Positions 20,795 through 31,022 of a DNA stretch of 31,112 bases are shown here, in pieces. Source of the DNA: Macrostomum lignano. Taxonomy: Eukaryota. Position 1 is the first letter of the stretch. Every line of letters begins with the position of its first letter. A program made the position numbers and the translations under genes. The stretch lies in NCBI GenBank assembly GCA_002269645.1, contig NIVC01004930.1, forward strand, positions 1 through 31,112, read 5' to 3'. The notes under the pieces are model-generated. The model was not told the DNA's origin. It worked only from the letters and a program-made list of their open reading frames with translations, and searched no databases.

Positions 20795-20993
20795 CTGACT
20801 CTCAGTGCTGAGAATGCCGAAGAAGCCGTCCACCAGCTGCTGGAAGGTGAGCTCCAGGTTGCCCATGGACACCAGCGGCAGTTCGTCGGGCTGAGGCGAG
20901 TAGTGGCTGTAGAAGCCGGAGGCGAACTGCAGCAGCCGGCGAGAGGAGCAGTTCACGCCGAACAGGCAGAGGCAGTAGGCCAGCTGGGGCAGC
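20795..20993 (-). CDS. Degenerate EF-hand protein, middle exon
   Basis: gccgcag|G completes Arg; LPQLAYCLCLFGVNCSSRRLLQFASGF...LSTESQ; donor CAG|gtaggc, phase 0. Confidence 0.75.
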
Positions 20994-21084
20994 CTGCGGC
21001 GCAAGAATTCACATTTGAAGTCTTTCTTTAAGTTCATAGATAGGCTGTGGCCACCCAACCACATCGTTGACATCATCCCACAAT

Positions 21085-24000
21085 CAGGGCTGATGCCCCG
21101 AGTCCCTCCGATCCCCGAATTCCAAAACTGGGATTCTGATCCCCGTGTCTCGATCGGATCCCCGAATTCCCAGACTGGGATTCTGATCCCCGTGTCCCTC
21201 CGATCACCGAATTCCCAAACTGGATTCTGATTCCCCGAGTCCCTCCGATCCCCGATTTACCAAACTGGGATTCTGATCCCCCTAGTCCCTCCGATCCCCG
21301 AATTCCCAATCTGGGATTCTGATCCCCCTAGTCCCTCCGATCCCCGAATTCCCAAACTGGGATTCTGATCCCCCTAGTCCCTCCGATCCCAGAATTCCCA
21401 AACTGGATTCTGATCCCCGTGTCCCTCCGATCACCGAATTCCCAAACTGGATTCTGATTCCCCGAGTCCCTCCGATCCCCGATTTACCAAACTGGGATTC
21501 TGATCCCCCTAGTCCCTCCGATCCCGAATTCCCAATCTGGGATTCTGATCCCCCTAGTCCCTCCGATCCCCGAACTCCCAAACTGGGATTCTGATCCCCG
21601 TGTCTCGATCGGATCCCCGAATTCCCAAACTGGGATTCTGATACCCGTGTCTCGATCGGATCCCCAAACTCCCAGACTGGGATTCTGATTCCCCGAGTCC
21701 CTCCGATCCCCGATTTCCCAAACTGGGATTCTGATCCCCCTAGTCCCTCCGATCCCAGAATTCCCAAACTGGATTCTGATCCCCGTGTCCCTCCGATCAC
21801 CGAATTCCCAAACTGGGATTCTGATCCCCGTGTCTCGATCGGATCCCCGAACTCCCAGACTGGGATTCTGATTCCCCGAGTCCCTCCGATCCCCGAATTC
21901 CCAATCTGGGATTCTGATCTCCGTGTCTCGATCGGATCCCCGAATTCCCAAACTGGGATTCTGATACCCGTGTCTCGATCGGATCCCGAATTCCCAAACT
22001 GGGATTCTGATACCCGTGTCTCGATCGGATCCCCGAATTCCCAAACTGGGATTCTGATACCCGTGTCTCGATCGGATCCCCGAATTCCCAAACTGGGATT
22101 CCGATCCCCGTGTCTCGATCGGATCCCCGAATTCCGAAACTGGGATTCTGATCCCCGTGTCTCGATCGGATCCCCGAACTCCCAAACTGGGATTCTGATC
22201 CCCGTGTCTCGATCGGATCCCCGAACTCCCAAACTGGGATTCTGATCCCCGTGTCTCGATCGGATCCCCGAATTCCGAAACTGGGATTCTGATCCCCGTG
22301 TCTCGATTGGATCCCCGAACTCCCAGATTGGGATTCTGATTCCCCGAGTCCCTCCGATCCCGAATTCCCAATCTGGGATTCTGATCTCCGTGTCTCGATC
22401 GGATCCCCGAATTCCGAAACTGGGATTCTGATCCCCGTGTCTCGATCGGATCCCCGAATTCCCAAACTGGGATTCTGATCCCCGTGTCTCGATCGGATCC
22501 ACGAATTCCCAAACTGGGATTCTGATACCCGTGTCTCGATCGGATCCCCGAATTCCCAAACTGGGATTCTGATCCCCGTGTCTCGATCGGATCCCCGAAC
22601 TCCCAAACTGGGATTCTGATACCCGTGTCTCGATCGGATCCCCGAATTCCCAAACTGGGATTCTGATACCCGTGTCTCGATCGGATCCCCGAACTCCCAA
22701 ACTGGGATTCTGATCCCCGTGTCTCGATCGGATCCCCGAATTCCCACACTGGAATTCTGATCCCCGTGTCTCGATCGGATCCCCGAACTCCCAAACTGGG
22801 ATTCTGATCCCCGTGTCTCGATCGGATCCCCGAACTCCCAAACTGGGATTCTGATCCCCCTAGTCCCTCCGATCCCAGAATTCCCAAACTGGATTCTGAT
22901 CCCCGTGTCCCTCCGATCACCGAATTCCCAAACTGGATTCTGATTCCCCGAGTCCCTCCGATCCCCGATTTACCAAACTGGGATTCTGATCCCCTAGTCC
23001 CTCCGATCCCCGAATTCCCAATCTGGGATTCTGATCCCCCTAGTCCCTCCGATCCCCGAACTCTCAAACTGGGATTCTGATCCACGTGTCTCGATCGGAT
23101 CCCCGAATTCCCAAACTGGGATTCTGATACCCGTGTCTCGATCGGATCCCCAAACTCCCAGACTGGGATTCTGATTCCCCGAGTCCCTCCGATCCCCGAT
23201 TTCCCAAACTGGGATTCTGATCTCTCTAGTCCCTCCGATCCCCGAATTCCCAAACTGGATTTTGATCCCCCTAGTCCCTCCGATCCTCGAATTCCCAAAC
23301 TGGGATTCTGATCCCCGTGTCTCGATCGGATCCCCGAATTCCGAAACTGGGATTCTGATCCCCGTGTCTCGATCGGATCCCCGAATTCCGAAACTGGGAT
23401 TCTGATTCCCCGAGTCCCTCCGATCCCCGAATTCCCAATCTGGGATTCTGATCTCCGTGTCTCGATCGGATCCCCGAATTCCCAAACTGGGATTCTGATA
23501 CCCGTGTCTCGATCGGATCCCCGAATTCCCAAACTGGGATTCTGATACCCTTGTCTCGATCGGATCCCCGAATTCCCAAACTGGGATTCTGATACCCGTG
23601 TCTCGATCGGATCCCGAATTCCGAAACTGGGATTCTGATCCCCGTGTCTCGATCGGATCCCCGAACTCCCAGACTGGGATTCTGATTCCCCAAGTCCCTC
23701 CGATCCCCGAATTCCCAATCTGGGATTCTGATCTCCGTGTCTCGATCGGATCCCCGAATTCCCAAACTGGGATTCTGATACCCGTGTCTCGATCGGATCC
23801 CCGAATTCCCAAACTGGGATTCTGATACCCGTGTCTCGATCGGATCCCGAATTCCCAAACTGGGATTCTGATACCCGTGTCTCGATCGGATCCCGAATTC
23901 CCAAACTGGGATTCTGATACCCGTGTCTCGATCGGATCCCGAATTCCCAAACTGGGATTCTGATCCCCGTGTCTCGATCGGATCCCGAATTCCGAAACTG

Positions 24001-24628
24001 GGATTCTGATCCCCGTGTCTCGATCGGATCCCCGAATTCCCAAACTGGGATTCTGATCCCCGTGTCTCGATCGGATCCCCGAATTCCGAAACTGGGATTC
24101 TGATCCCCGTGTCTCGATCGGATCCACGAATTCCCAAACTGGGATTCTGATCCCCGTGTCTCGATCGGATCCCCGAACTCCCAAACTGGGATTCTGATTC
24201 CCCGAGTCCCTCCGATCCCCGAATTCCCAAACTGGGATTCTGATCCACGTGTCTCGATCGGATCCCCGAATTCCGAAACTGGGATTCTGATCCCCGTGTC
24301 TCGATCGGATCCCCGAACTCCCAAACTGGGATTCTGATCCCCGTGTCTCGATCGGATCCCCGAACTCCCAAACTGGGATTCTGATCCCCGTGTCTCGATC
24401 GGATCCCCGAACTCCCAAACTGGGATTCTGATCCCCGTGTCTCGATCGGATCCCCGAACTCCGAAACTGGGATTCTGATACCCGTGTCTCGATCGGATCC
24501 CCGAATTCCGAAACTGGGATTCTGATCCCCGTGTCTCGATCGGATCCCCGAACTCCCAAACTGGGATTCTGATCCCCGTGTCTCGATCGGATCCCCGAAC
24601 TCCCAAACTGGGATTCTGATTCCCCGAG
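21085..24628. repeat. 3.5-kb intronic composite satellite of 47-bp type A (TGGGATTCTGATCCCCGTGTCTCGATCGGATCCCCGAATTCCCAAAC) and ~45-46-bp type B (...GAGTCCCTCCGATCCCC...) units
   Basis: Read directly; higher-order block duplication 21365-21755 vs 22850-23240. Confidence 0.95.
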
Positions 24629-24670
24629 TTAAGCGGGGAAGCACCGCAGACGGTGCTGCCCAGTGTTGAC

Positions 24671-25005
24671 CTGAGCTTCTCGTCCAGGTCGAATCTCTGG
24701 TCCAGGATGAAGCGCAGCAAATCGGTCAGGGACTCCTTCTCCCCGCCAGTCATGTACAGGTCGCTGGCAGGGTAGGCCAGCACGTTCAGCCGGTTGCTGC
24801 GCATGATTTTGCCCTTGACGAAGTAGAGCTTCTGGCGCAGGATGGTGAGCTTGTTGACGCCCTCGTTGAGCATGAGCAGCTGCGGCTCGCCCAGATTGCT
24901 GGCGTAGTGAACAGCAATGCACTCGCCGGCTGAGTACACCTGCGAGATCTTGGCATCCAGCTCGGCCAGCTGCTGCATCAAATCCGAGCTGAATCCCGTT
25001 GACAT
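24671..25005 (-). CDS. Degenerate EF-hand protein, first exon (or an internal exon starting at 25027 if spliced to the zinc-finger gene)
   Basis: MSTGFSSDLMQQLAELDAKISQVYSAGEC...FILDQRFDLDEKL with strong C/G codon bias; acceptor ccacag at 25028; donor AG|gtcaac, phase 2. Confidence 0.72.
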
Positions 25006-25328
25006 CTGAGCTGTTGAGCTGCCCAATCTGTGGCAGTCTTGAATAGGAATTGCCTGGCTTGTCAGCTAAAGTTTTGCACTGCTTTTACATCTGTAGCCGT
25101 TTCTTTAATTTAAACTGGGTCCGAATGCAGAGCTGCTATTTTAGGCCATAGACATACTCGATGCCGATCGACTATTCGATGTTGACTACCCCTGACTGTA
25201 GCAAGGGATGCTACTCAGACCAGAGGATGTTACTCAGGGAGCAGTTTTATTGGTGCGGTGCATAGTGGGGTTTAAAGAACAAAAAGAAAGGGGTTCACCA
25301 TGGTCTCAGAGGGCATTCGGCGCCATGC

Positions 25329-25352
25329 AGACAGACAGACAGACAGACACTA

Positions 25353-25447
<95 letters not shown>

Positions 25448-25448
25448 A

Positions 25449-25529
<81 letters not shown>

Positions 25530-25594
25530 CTGAGACAGGCAGACAGACACTGAGACAGGCAGACAGACACTGAGACAGGCAGACAGACAGTGAT

Positions 25595-25675
<81 letters not shown>

Positions 25676-25683
25676 AAGACACT

Positions 25684-25717
<34 letters not shown>

Positions 25718-25740
25718 AAGACACTGACAGACAGACAGAG
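25329..25740. repeat. (GACA)n tetranucleotide microsatellite
   Basis: Read directly. Confidence 0.97.
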
Positions 25741-26064
25741 TAATCTACAACAAGATTTTGTTTGGAATAGTTTTAGTCAAAATTCTAAGATTTAATTGAT
25801 GCAGCCAAATAAAGAAAAGCACGTATTTTTATACACTGGGGCATACCATGGAACCTTACATTGTATTCAGAAAATATCGTGTTTCTAGGGAAACTCTTGC
25901 AATGAACTCGGCAAGCTCGAACATAAGACTGAGTGGCACTGGCTGCTGAAATTTGGTTTGATCAGCGAATCTCGCTGCAGGCAAGGAAAAAGACCCTGTT
26001 GAAAAAAACTGAAACAGGGTGAGAGGTTGAGACCGTCGGTGAAGTCTAGCACAGCAGTTTAGTA

Positions 26065-26286
26065 CTAATAGTAGCCAGACGTGGGCGTGGTGCCGTACAT
26101 GATGGAGCGGCACTCGTCCTCGTGCTGACTGAGCGCGTGCCAGGGCACGGCTGAGTGGCAGTAGCGGCACTCCTTCACGTGCCGGTTCTTCTCCAGCCGC
26201 TTGAGCGGGTGGTTGCGGCTGTACCAGTTGCGGATGAGGTAGCCGGGCTCCGTGCCTCTGGCCGTGTCGTTCGTGGCCGCCTCCAC
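26065..26286 (-). CDS. C2HC zinc-finger protein, exon 2 (second finger)
   Basis: ttccag|GTG; CRYCHSAVPWHALSQHEDEC = C-x2-C-x11-H-x3-C; stop at 26065, or alternative donor AC|gtctgg at 26080. Confidence 0.75.
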   Translation of the reverse strand: MEAATNDTARGTEPGYLIRNWYSRNHPLKRLEKNRHVKECRYCHSAVPWHALSQHEDECRSIMYGTTPTSGYY

Positions 26287-26354
26287 CTGGAAGGCGTCAA
26301 TCAATAACATTGCCTTTGTTCAGTATGCCAAGCCGTCCAGAAATTATTGACATA

Positions 26355-26845
26355 ATGAGGCGGGTGGATAATGAGGTGGGTGGATAATGAGGTGGGTGGA
26401 TAATGAGGTGGATGGATAATGAGTTGGGTGGATAATGAGGTGGGTGGATAATGAGTTGGGTGGATAATGAGTTGGGTGGATAATGAGTTGGGTGGATAAT
26501 GAGGTGGGTGGATAATGAGGTGGGTGGATAATGAGGTGGGTGGATAATGAGGTGGATGGATAATGAGTTGGGTGGATAATGAGGTGGATGGATAATGAGT
26601 TGGGTGGATAATGAGGTGGGTGGATAATGAGTTGGGTGGATAATGAGGTGGGTGGATAATGAGGTGGATGGATAATGAGTTGGGTGGATAATGAGTTGGG
26701 TGGATAATGAGTTGGGTGGATAATGAGTTGGGTGGATAATGAGTTGGGTGGATAATGAGGTGGGTGGATAATGAGTTGGGTGGATAATGAGGTGGGTGGA
26801 TAATGAGGTGGGTGGATAATGAGGTGGGTGGATAATGAGGTAGGT
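26355..26845. repeat. 16-bp minisatellite (ATAATGAGGTGGGTGG)n
   Basis: Read directly; intronic. Confidence 0.95.
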
Positions 26846-26879
26846 AAAGCAGTGGAGGTATTTGAGCAAAGAGGCATAT

Positions 26880-27240
26880 AGGGATGAGGCAGATGGTGAT
26901 GAGGTAGATGCTGATGAGGTAGATGGTGATGAGGTAGATGGTGATGAGGTAGATGGTGATGAGGTAGATGGTGATGAGGCAAATAGTGATAAGGCAGATG
27001 ATGATGAGGCAGATGTTAATGAGGCAGATGTTGATGAGGCAGATAAATATGAGGCAGATGATGATGAGGCAGATGTTGATGAGGCAGATGTTGATGAGGC
27101 AGATGGTGATGAGGCAGATGTTGATGAGGCAGATAGTGATGACGCATATGGTGATGAGGCAGATGATGATGAGGCAAATGGTGATGAGGCAGATGGTGAT
27201 GAGGCAGATGGTGATGAGGCAGATGGTGATGAGGCGGATG
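26880..27240. repeat. 15-bp minisatellite (GATGAGGCAGATGGT)n
   Basis: Read directly; intronic. Confidence 0.93.
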
Positions 27241-27285
27241 AGTGACAACACCTGCGCCCGAGTGCAGACGCAGCGCATCGCTCAC

Positions 27286-27704
27286 ATCCTTCTTGCACTT
27301 GGCCTGGTGGGTGAGCAGCGAGGCGGAGCCGAACTCCACGCCGCAGTAGCGACACGGCGTGCCTTGGACTGCGAGTCGGCGAAGTCGAACTCCAAGTTGC
27401 GCTTGAGAACCTCTGGGATCGTGGCGCCCATGTCGCGCAGGTATTTCTGCTCCCCGTCCTGCCCGGAGGACCAGCTGAGCGGCACCGGCATCATGATGGC
27501 CGGCTCCTCGCCGAGGAAGTTTCGAACCCCGGACGGCAGCTCGCTGGTCAGCTGGAACTGGCCGACATTCGTCAGCTGCTCGGGGCCGAACGGGCTCGGG
27601 CGCGAGTAGGTCGACTGACGCGACGACGAGGCCTTCTCCGCTGAGCTGTCGAATTTCACCCGGCGGCTGCTGCCGGCGCTGTTGCGGCTGTTGCTGACCG
27701 ACAT
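27286..27704 (-). CDS. C2HC zinc-finger protein, exon 1, with an apparent 1-nt deletion at ~27362 (assembly error or recent pseudogenisation)
   Basis: MSVSNSRNSAGSSRRVKFDSS...FDFADSQSK. Adding one G (AAG GGC ACG) restores TPCRYCGVEFGSASLLTHQAKC (C-x2-C-x11-H-x3-C). Donor GAT|gtgagc is phase 0 and matches exon 2. Confidence 0.7.
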
Positions 27705-27994
27705 CTCTTGAGTTCAGGGCGAATTTGCTTGGTGAGTTTTTTTAACTGAAACTGCACCGCCACAACGCTTGGCACTCGAGTTGTACTTTTAATAGCCGGA
27801 TTAGATATGAGTATCCCGGTCTCGGACATAGACTATAGATGGGGCCTTTGGTGTGTCTGCCATTTTCAGGGCTCAGAGCAGAGAAGCGCAAAGTGTTCTA
27901 CAAGCTCGAAATTTTATTTGAAGTGTTGAACTCGTTAAGTGAAGAGTCTTCAAGGATGTGAAATTTTGAGCTTCCCAAAACGGTGTCCCAAGGA

Positions 27995-28395
27995 GGCGGG
28001 GGTCAGGAGGTGCATGGAGAGTGTCAGGAGGTGCATGGAGAGTGTCAGGAGGCAGAGGTCAGGAGGTGCATGGAGACTGTCAGGAGGCAGAGGTCAGGAG
28101 GTGCATGGAGACTGTCAGGAGGCAGAGGTCAGGAGGTGCATGGAGAGTGTCAGGATTCAGAGGTCAGGAGGTGCATGGAGAGTGACAGGAGGCAGAGGTC
28201 AGGAGGTGCATAAAGAGTGTCAGGAGGCAGAGGTCAGGAGGTGCATAAAGAGTGTCAGGATTCAGAGGTCAGGAGGTGCATAAAGAGGGTCAGGAGGCAG
28301 AGGTCAGGAGGTGCATAAAGAGTGTCAGGATTCAGAGGTCAGGAGGTGCATAAAGAGTGTCAGGAGGCAAGGGTCAGGAGACAGGGGTCAGGAGT
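27995..28395. repeat. 35-bp minisatellite (GGAGGCAGAGGTCAGGAGGTGCATGGAGAGTGTCA)n
   Basis: Read directly. Confidence 0.93.
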
Positions 28396-28645
28396 TACTT
28401 GATCTACGGCATCTCTTGAACCAGCTTACAACTTTCATTTTGATTTTGGTAGTTCACAGCTGAACTTCAAAACGAATTTGGTCACCATGCTGCAGCAGTT
28501 ATATTTAGAATCGATTTTTTCTGGCAGTCGATGACTAAAAAATAAAGAATAGAAAAACAGTGCCAAGAAAATGATCAACTGAGCCCTTCTTTTCTTTCAG
28601 CGATTGTTGGCCAGTTAAAGTCAAAGAAAAAATGACGACAACTGC

Positions 28646-28792
28646 TCAAGCATCGGACTCGGTCACCATGGACTTCCTGGCGGGAGGGGTCCGGCAGCTG
28701 AACACCGCGGACACCAGGCCGATGAAGGCCAGCAGGATGAGGCAGAGGCTGCCGGTGGAAATGCCGGCGTGCACGTACGGGCTTCTGGTGAT
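28646..28792 (-). CDS. Small single-pass membrane protein, terminal exon
   Basis: cgcctcag|ATC; ITRSPYVHAGISTGSLCLILLAFIGLVSAVFSCRTPPARKSMVTESDA*; hydrophobic helix and strong C/G third-position bias. Confidence 0.65.
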   Translation of the reverse strand: MTRSPYVHAGISTGSLCLILLAFIGLVSAVFSCRTPPARKSMVTESDA

Positions 28793-28824
28793 CTGAGGCG
28801 ATGGTGAGTGAGGCGTTAAGGTGC

Positions 28825-29455
28825 GTCAGGGGACAGTGGGTGTGTCAGAGGGACAGTGGGTGTGTCAGAGGGACAGTGGGTGTGTCAGAGGGACAGTGGG
28901 TGTGTCAGTGGGACAGTGGGTGTGTTCCAGAGGGACAGTGGGTGTGTCAGAGGGACAGTGGGTGTGTCAGAGGGACAGTGGGTGTGTCAGGGGGACAGTG
29001 GGTGTGTTCCAGAGGGACAGTGGGTGTGTCAGTCAGAGGTGGGTGTGTCACAGTGGGTGTGTCAGAGGGACAGTGGGTGTGTCAGGGGGACAGTGGGTGT
29101 GTTCCAGAGGGACAGTGGGTGTGTCAGGGGGACAGTGGGTGTGTTCCAGAGGACAGTGGGTGTGTCAGGGGACAGTGGGTGTGTCAGGGGGACAGTGGGT
29201 GTGTCAGGGGGACAGTGGGGTGTGTCAGAGGGACAGAGGGTTTCAGGGGGACAGTGGGTGTCATAGAAGGCATAATAAGTGTGTCAGGGAGACAGTGGGT
29301 GTCATAGAAAGCATAATAAGTGTGTCAGGGGAACAGTGGGTGTCATAGAAAGCATAATAAGTGTGTCAGGGAGACAGTGGGTGTCATAGAAAGCATAATA
29401 AGTGTGTCAGGGGGACAGTGGGTGTCATAGAAGGCATAATAAGTGTGTCAGTGGA
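28825..29455. repeat. G-rich 20-bp minisatellite (GGGACAGTGGGTGTGTCAGA)n grading into a longer derivative unit containing CATAGAAAGCATAATAA
   Basis: Read directly; intronic. Confidence 0.92.
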
Positions 29456-29507
29456 CGCCATAGTAATTCTCAGGCCTCTTTGTGTCCAGATCAAAAAACT
29501 CACTCAC

Positions 29508-29525
29508 TTTAGACCCGTACGCCAT
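29508..29525 (-). CDS. Putative first coding exon (MAYGSK) of the small membrane protein
   Basis: ATG GCG TAC GGG TCT AAA|gtgagt: strong donor, phase 0, matching the 28792 exon. Two in-frame stops lie upstream. An acceptor at 29570 could instead make this an internal exon. Confidence 0.45.
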
Positions 29526-30054
29526 ATTGTACAGTCGCCTTTGAGTCCGGGACTGTCTTGAGTCAGCGCCTGTGCGGTTGTCATGACAACAGGCAGCAGT
29601 GACAAATGTCGCCACATCTCACCGTAGTCCTCACAACAATCCTAAGCTAGTTGCTACGTGTTTAGTGAGCTCGTAGGCAACGAGAGAAATCGGTTTCATA
29701 ATTATATTTATCAGCTAAGCTTTAGTGACGGACTGTCTATGGCAATTCTTGATTGAACTACTTGAACTTTGAAATTAAAATTTAAAATTCGAACAAAGAA
29801 CACCGCAATGGTAAGGGGTGGCGTCTGGCGTGGCTCTGACAAATATTTTATTTGTCATTGATTTTTTGAACGAGAGATATTTTAGTCAAGCGAAAATCAA
29901 TAAGAAAAACGGCAACTTTTCCCAGTGTCAGGTGTAGATAAAAGTTGTAAACTCACTGCCTCCAAACAGTTAGCTTCAGAAGATCTCCAAAATAGAAACC
30001 TGAAAATAATCAATCATACCAGTGTTTTGAAATTCGAATTTCATACTTAATCTA

Positions 30055-31022
30055 TCTATGGTCAAAGCTATGGTCTATGGCCAGTTGACCATTAGTCTAT
30101 GGTCAAAGCTATGGTGTATGGCCAGTTGACCATTAGTCTATGGTCAAAGCTATTTATGGTGTATGGCCAGTTGACCATTAGTCTATGGTCAAAGCTATTT
30201 ATGGTCTATGGCCAGTTGACCATTAGTCTATGGTCAAAGCTATGGTCTATGGCCAGTTGACCATTAGTCTATGGTCAAAGCTATGGTCTATGGCCAGTTG
30301 ACCATTAGTCTATGGTCAAAGCTATGGTCTATGGCCAGTTGACCATTAGTCTATGGTCAAAGCTATGGTCTATGGCCAGTTGACCATTAGTCTATGGTCA
30401 AAGCTATGGTCTATGGCCAGTTGACCATTAGTCTATTGTCAAAGCTATGGTCTATGGCCAGTTGACCATTAGTCTATGGTCAAAGCTATGGTCTATGGCC
30501 AGTTGACCATTAGTCTATTGTCAAAGCTATGGTGTATGGCCAGTTGACCATTAGTCTATGGTCAAAGCTATGGTCTATGGCCAGTTGACCATTAGTCTAT
30601 GGTCAAAGCTATGGTGTATGGCCAGTTGACCATTAGTCTATGGTCAAAGCTATGGTCTATGGCCAGTTGACCATTAGTCTATGGTCAAAGCTATGGTGTA
30701 TGGGCAGTTGACCATTAGTCTATTGTCAAAGCTGTAAGAGTTCAAGTCATGATTTGGTAGAACGGGCCGAAGAGAAAAAGCTCAGAGCCCCTACACGGGC
30801 GGTGCGGTTATATTTATTTAAAATATTAGATTGTTGCCGATATTGAGCATTGAGCAATGTACATTCAATGCGAGCTAGAACTGCGATCAGGCAACGTACG
30901 CTGAGTCATGCGCGGGGTGGAGAATGGTGCAACACAGGTCGCCAACTAGTCAAATAAAGTGCATCACAAAAGCTATGGTCTATGGCCAGTTGACCGTTAG
31001 TCTGTGGTCAAAGCTATGGTCT
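30055..31022. repeat. 41-bp satellite (CTATGGTCAAAGCTATGGTCTATGGCCAGTTGACCATTAGT)n, interrupted by a solo LTR
   Basis: Read directly; resumes in register after 30968. Confidence 0.95.
30733..30968 (+). mobile_element. Solo LTR, 236 bp, with 5-bp target-site duplication
   Basis: Termini TGT...ACA; AAAGC at both 30728-30732 and 30969-30973; AATAAA at 30953; AT-rich TATA-like tract near 30810. Confidence 0.82.

Noticed and set aside
18310-20798. P/S/I/Q-rich, T/Q/H-rich and Cys/Val-rich ORFs (mucin- or metallothionein-like)
   Set aside because: Low-complexity arrays, open in several frames on both strands, with no coding-type codon bias.
21282-24644. Very long minus-strand ORFs (316-1180 aa) of GIRSRHGDQNPS-type repeats
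   Set aside because: All three frames are open only because the 47-bp unit lacks stops on that strand. The unit length is not a multiple of 3 and the region lies in a phase-consistent intron.
26297-27609. Acidic DEADG-repeat, His-rich HHHLP and Ser-rich ORFs
   Set aside because: Products of 15- and 16-bp intronic repeats; DEAD here is not a helicase motif.
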